NCBI GenBank assembly: GCA_039589315.1
Contig: JBDHHQ010000063.1
Location: 1-33,787 of the forward strand
From: Gemmatimonadota bacterium
Lineage (GTDB): Bacteria > Gemmatimonadota > Gemmatimonadetes > Longimicrobiales > Gaopeijiaceae
Reading direction: 5' to 3'
DNA: 33,787 nucleotides
In this document: positions 33,104 through 33,787 of the stretch, in pieces
Layout of the letters: every line of letters begins with the position of its first letter
How positions within the stretch are numbered: the stretch's first letter is position 1
Translations under genes and position numbers: made by a program
Notes under the pieces: generated by a model
Databases searched by the model: none
The model's input: the letters and a program-made list of their open reading frames with translations, nothing else
What the model was told of the DNA's origin: nothing

Positions 33104-33610
33104 ATGAGAAAGACGATCATCACCGCGTTCGTGGCCCTGCTTGCGCTCGCGGTAGCGTGGAGCCCAGCCCATGCGCAGTCGTTGGGCGACCTGGCTGGAA
33201 CATGGATCGTCACGAGTTGGGAAAGCGCCGACGGCGAGGTGAACTCGGAGCCCCAGCGTGGGCTGTTCGTCTTCGCGGTCACCCGACCCGACGGCGGCAG
33301 CTACAGCATGATGTACGTGAATACGGAGGAGCCCCGTCCGCGGTACGAGGGTGACGAGCTGACCGACGAGGAGAAGCTTCGGGCCTACGACTCTTTGACC
33401 GCCAACTCCGGGCGCTTCACGGTGGAGGGCAATCAGCTCACCTGGGAAGCCTACGTGGCCAAGGACCCCAACTACATGGCCGACTGGGGGGAGAACGCTC
33501 AGACCGCCGATTTCGAAACCGACGGCGAGACGCTCACGCTGACCTTCACCAGCGGGTTCGGAGACGGCGGGAAGGCCACGTTCCGCCGGCCCATGGCAGA
33601 GAGCAACTAG
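33104..33610 (+). CDS. Secreted lipocalin-like domain protein (~168 aa)
   Basis: RBS gggag; signal ending AHA-Q. LAGTWIVTSWE, GLFVF, YSMM, TDEE..RAY....ANSGRFTVEG. Confidence 0.75.
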   Translation: MRKTIITAFVALLALAVAWSPAHAQSLGDLAGTWIVTSWESADGEVNSEPQRGLFVFAVTRPDGGSYSMMYVNTEEPRPRYEGDELTDEEKLRAYDSLTANSGRFTVEGNQLTWEAYVAKDPNYMADWGENAQTADFETDGETLTLTFTSGFGDGGKATFRRPMAESN

Positions 33611-33640
33611 CGAACCGGGCGCAGTATCGAGCAGGTTCGG

Positions 33641-33676
33641 GAGAGGCAGGGGGCTGGTTGAGCTCCCGGCCTCTTC
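33641..33676 (+). terminator. Imperfect hairpin after the lipocalin-like gene
   Basis: gagaggc-agggggct / agctccc-ggcctcttc pairing; weak U-tract. Confidence 0.3.
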
Positions 33677-33787
33677 GCGTCAGGGGGTCACGGCCGGTGA
33701 GGGTGCGACCAGGAGTGCCAGCCTCTCTCTCCTATCGGCGAGCACCACAGGGCCTGGCCCCAGGCGGTCTGATCCCCTCTGCGTGGC

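Noticed and set aside
20452..33610. Integron cassette array, prophage or diversity-generating retroelement explaining the accessory region
   Set aside because: Genes lie on both strands with their own promoters. I see no attC-like repeats, integrase, phage genes, reverse transcriptase or TR/VR pair.

Overview
High-GC bacterial chromosomal window with about 22 protein-coding genes plus one gene remnant. I found no rRNA, tRNA, CRISPR array, transposase, integrase or reverse transcriptase. The gene mix (non-Bacteroidota SusC/SusD pair, orphan ADOP permease, several 3-TM TolB-N/TPR proteins, signal-peptide PQQ dehydrogenase) suggests Gemmatimonadota; this is an inference. Left part (1-15055): an uptake and periplasmic-processing locus with no glycoside hydrolase. 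It holds a 5'-truncated amidohydrolase, a PQQ dehydrogenase divergent from susC-susD, an operon of exported amidohydrolase, CapA-family metallophosphoesterase, octaheme cytochrome c-TPR protein and PKD lipoprotein, and a convergent S8 protease lipoprotein. Middle (15360-20247): ADOP permease, a TPR gene remnant and a malic enzyme carrying NADP-type residues. Right part (20452-33610): an accessory-looking region with three paralogous membrane-anchored TolB-N/TPR proteins lacking any output domain, interleaved with small exported proteins, followed by a DUF4259-like protein, a GNAT acetyltransferase and a lipocalin-like protein. One TPR paralog has lost its C-terminus and stop codon at a mosaic of short duplications. 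Non-coding signals: a structured ~290-nt susC leader, four sigma70-like promoters with 18-bp spacers, two matching ECF-type AAC-N17-CGTAG promoters and several hairpin terminators. All family calls come from reading motifs by eye; no searches were run.
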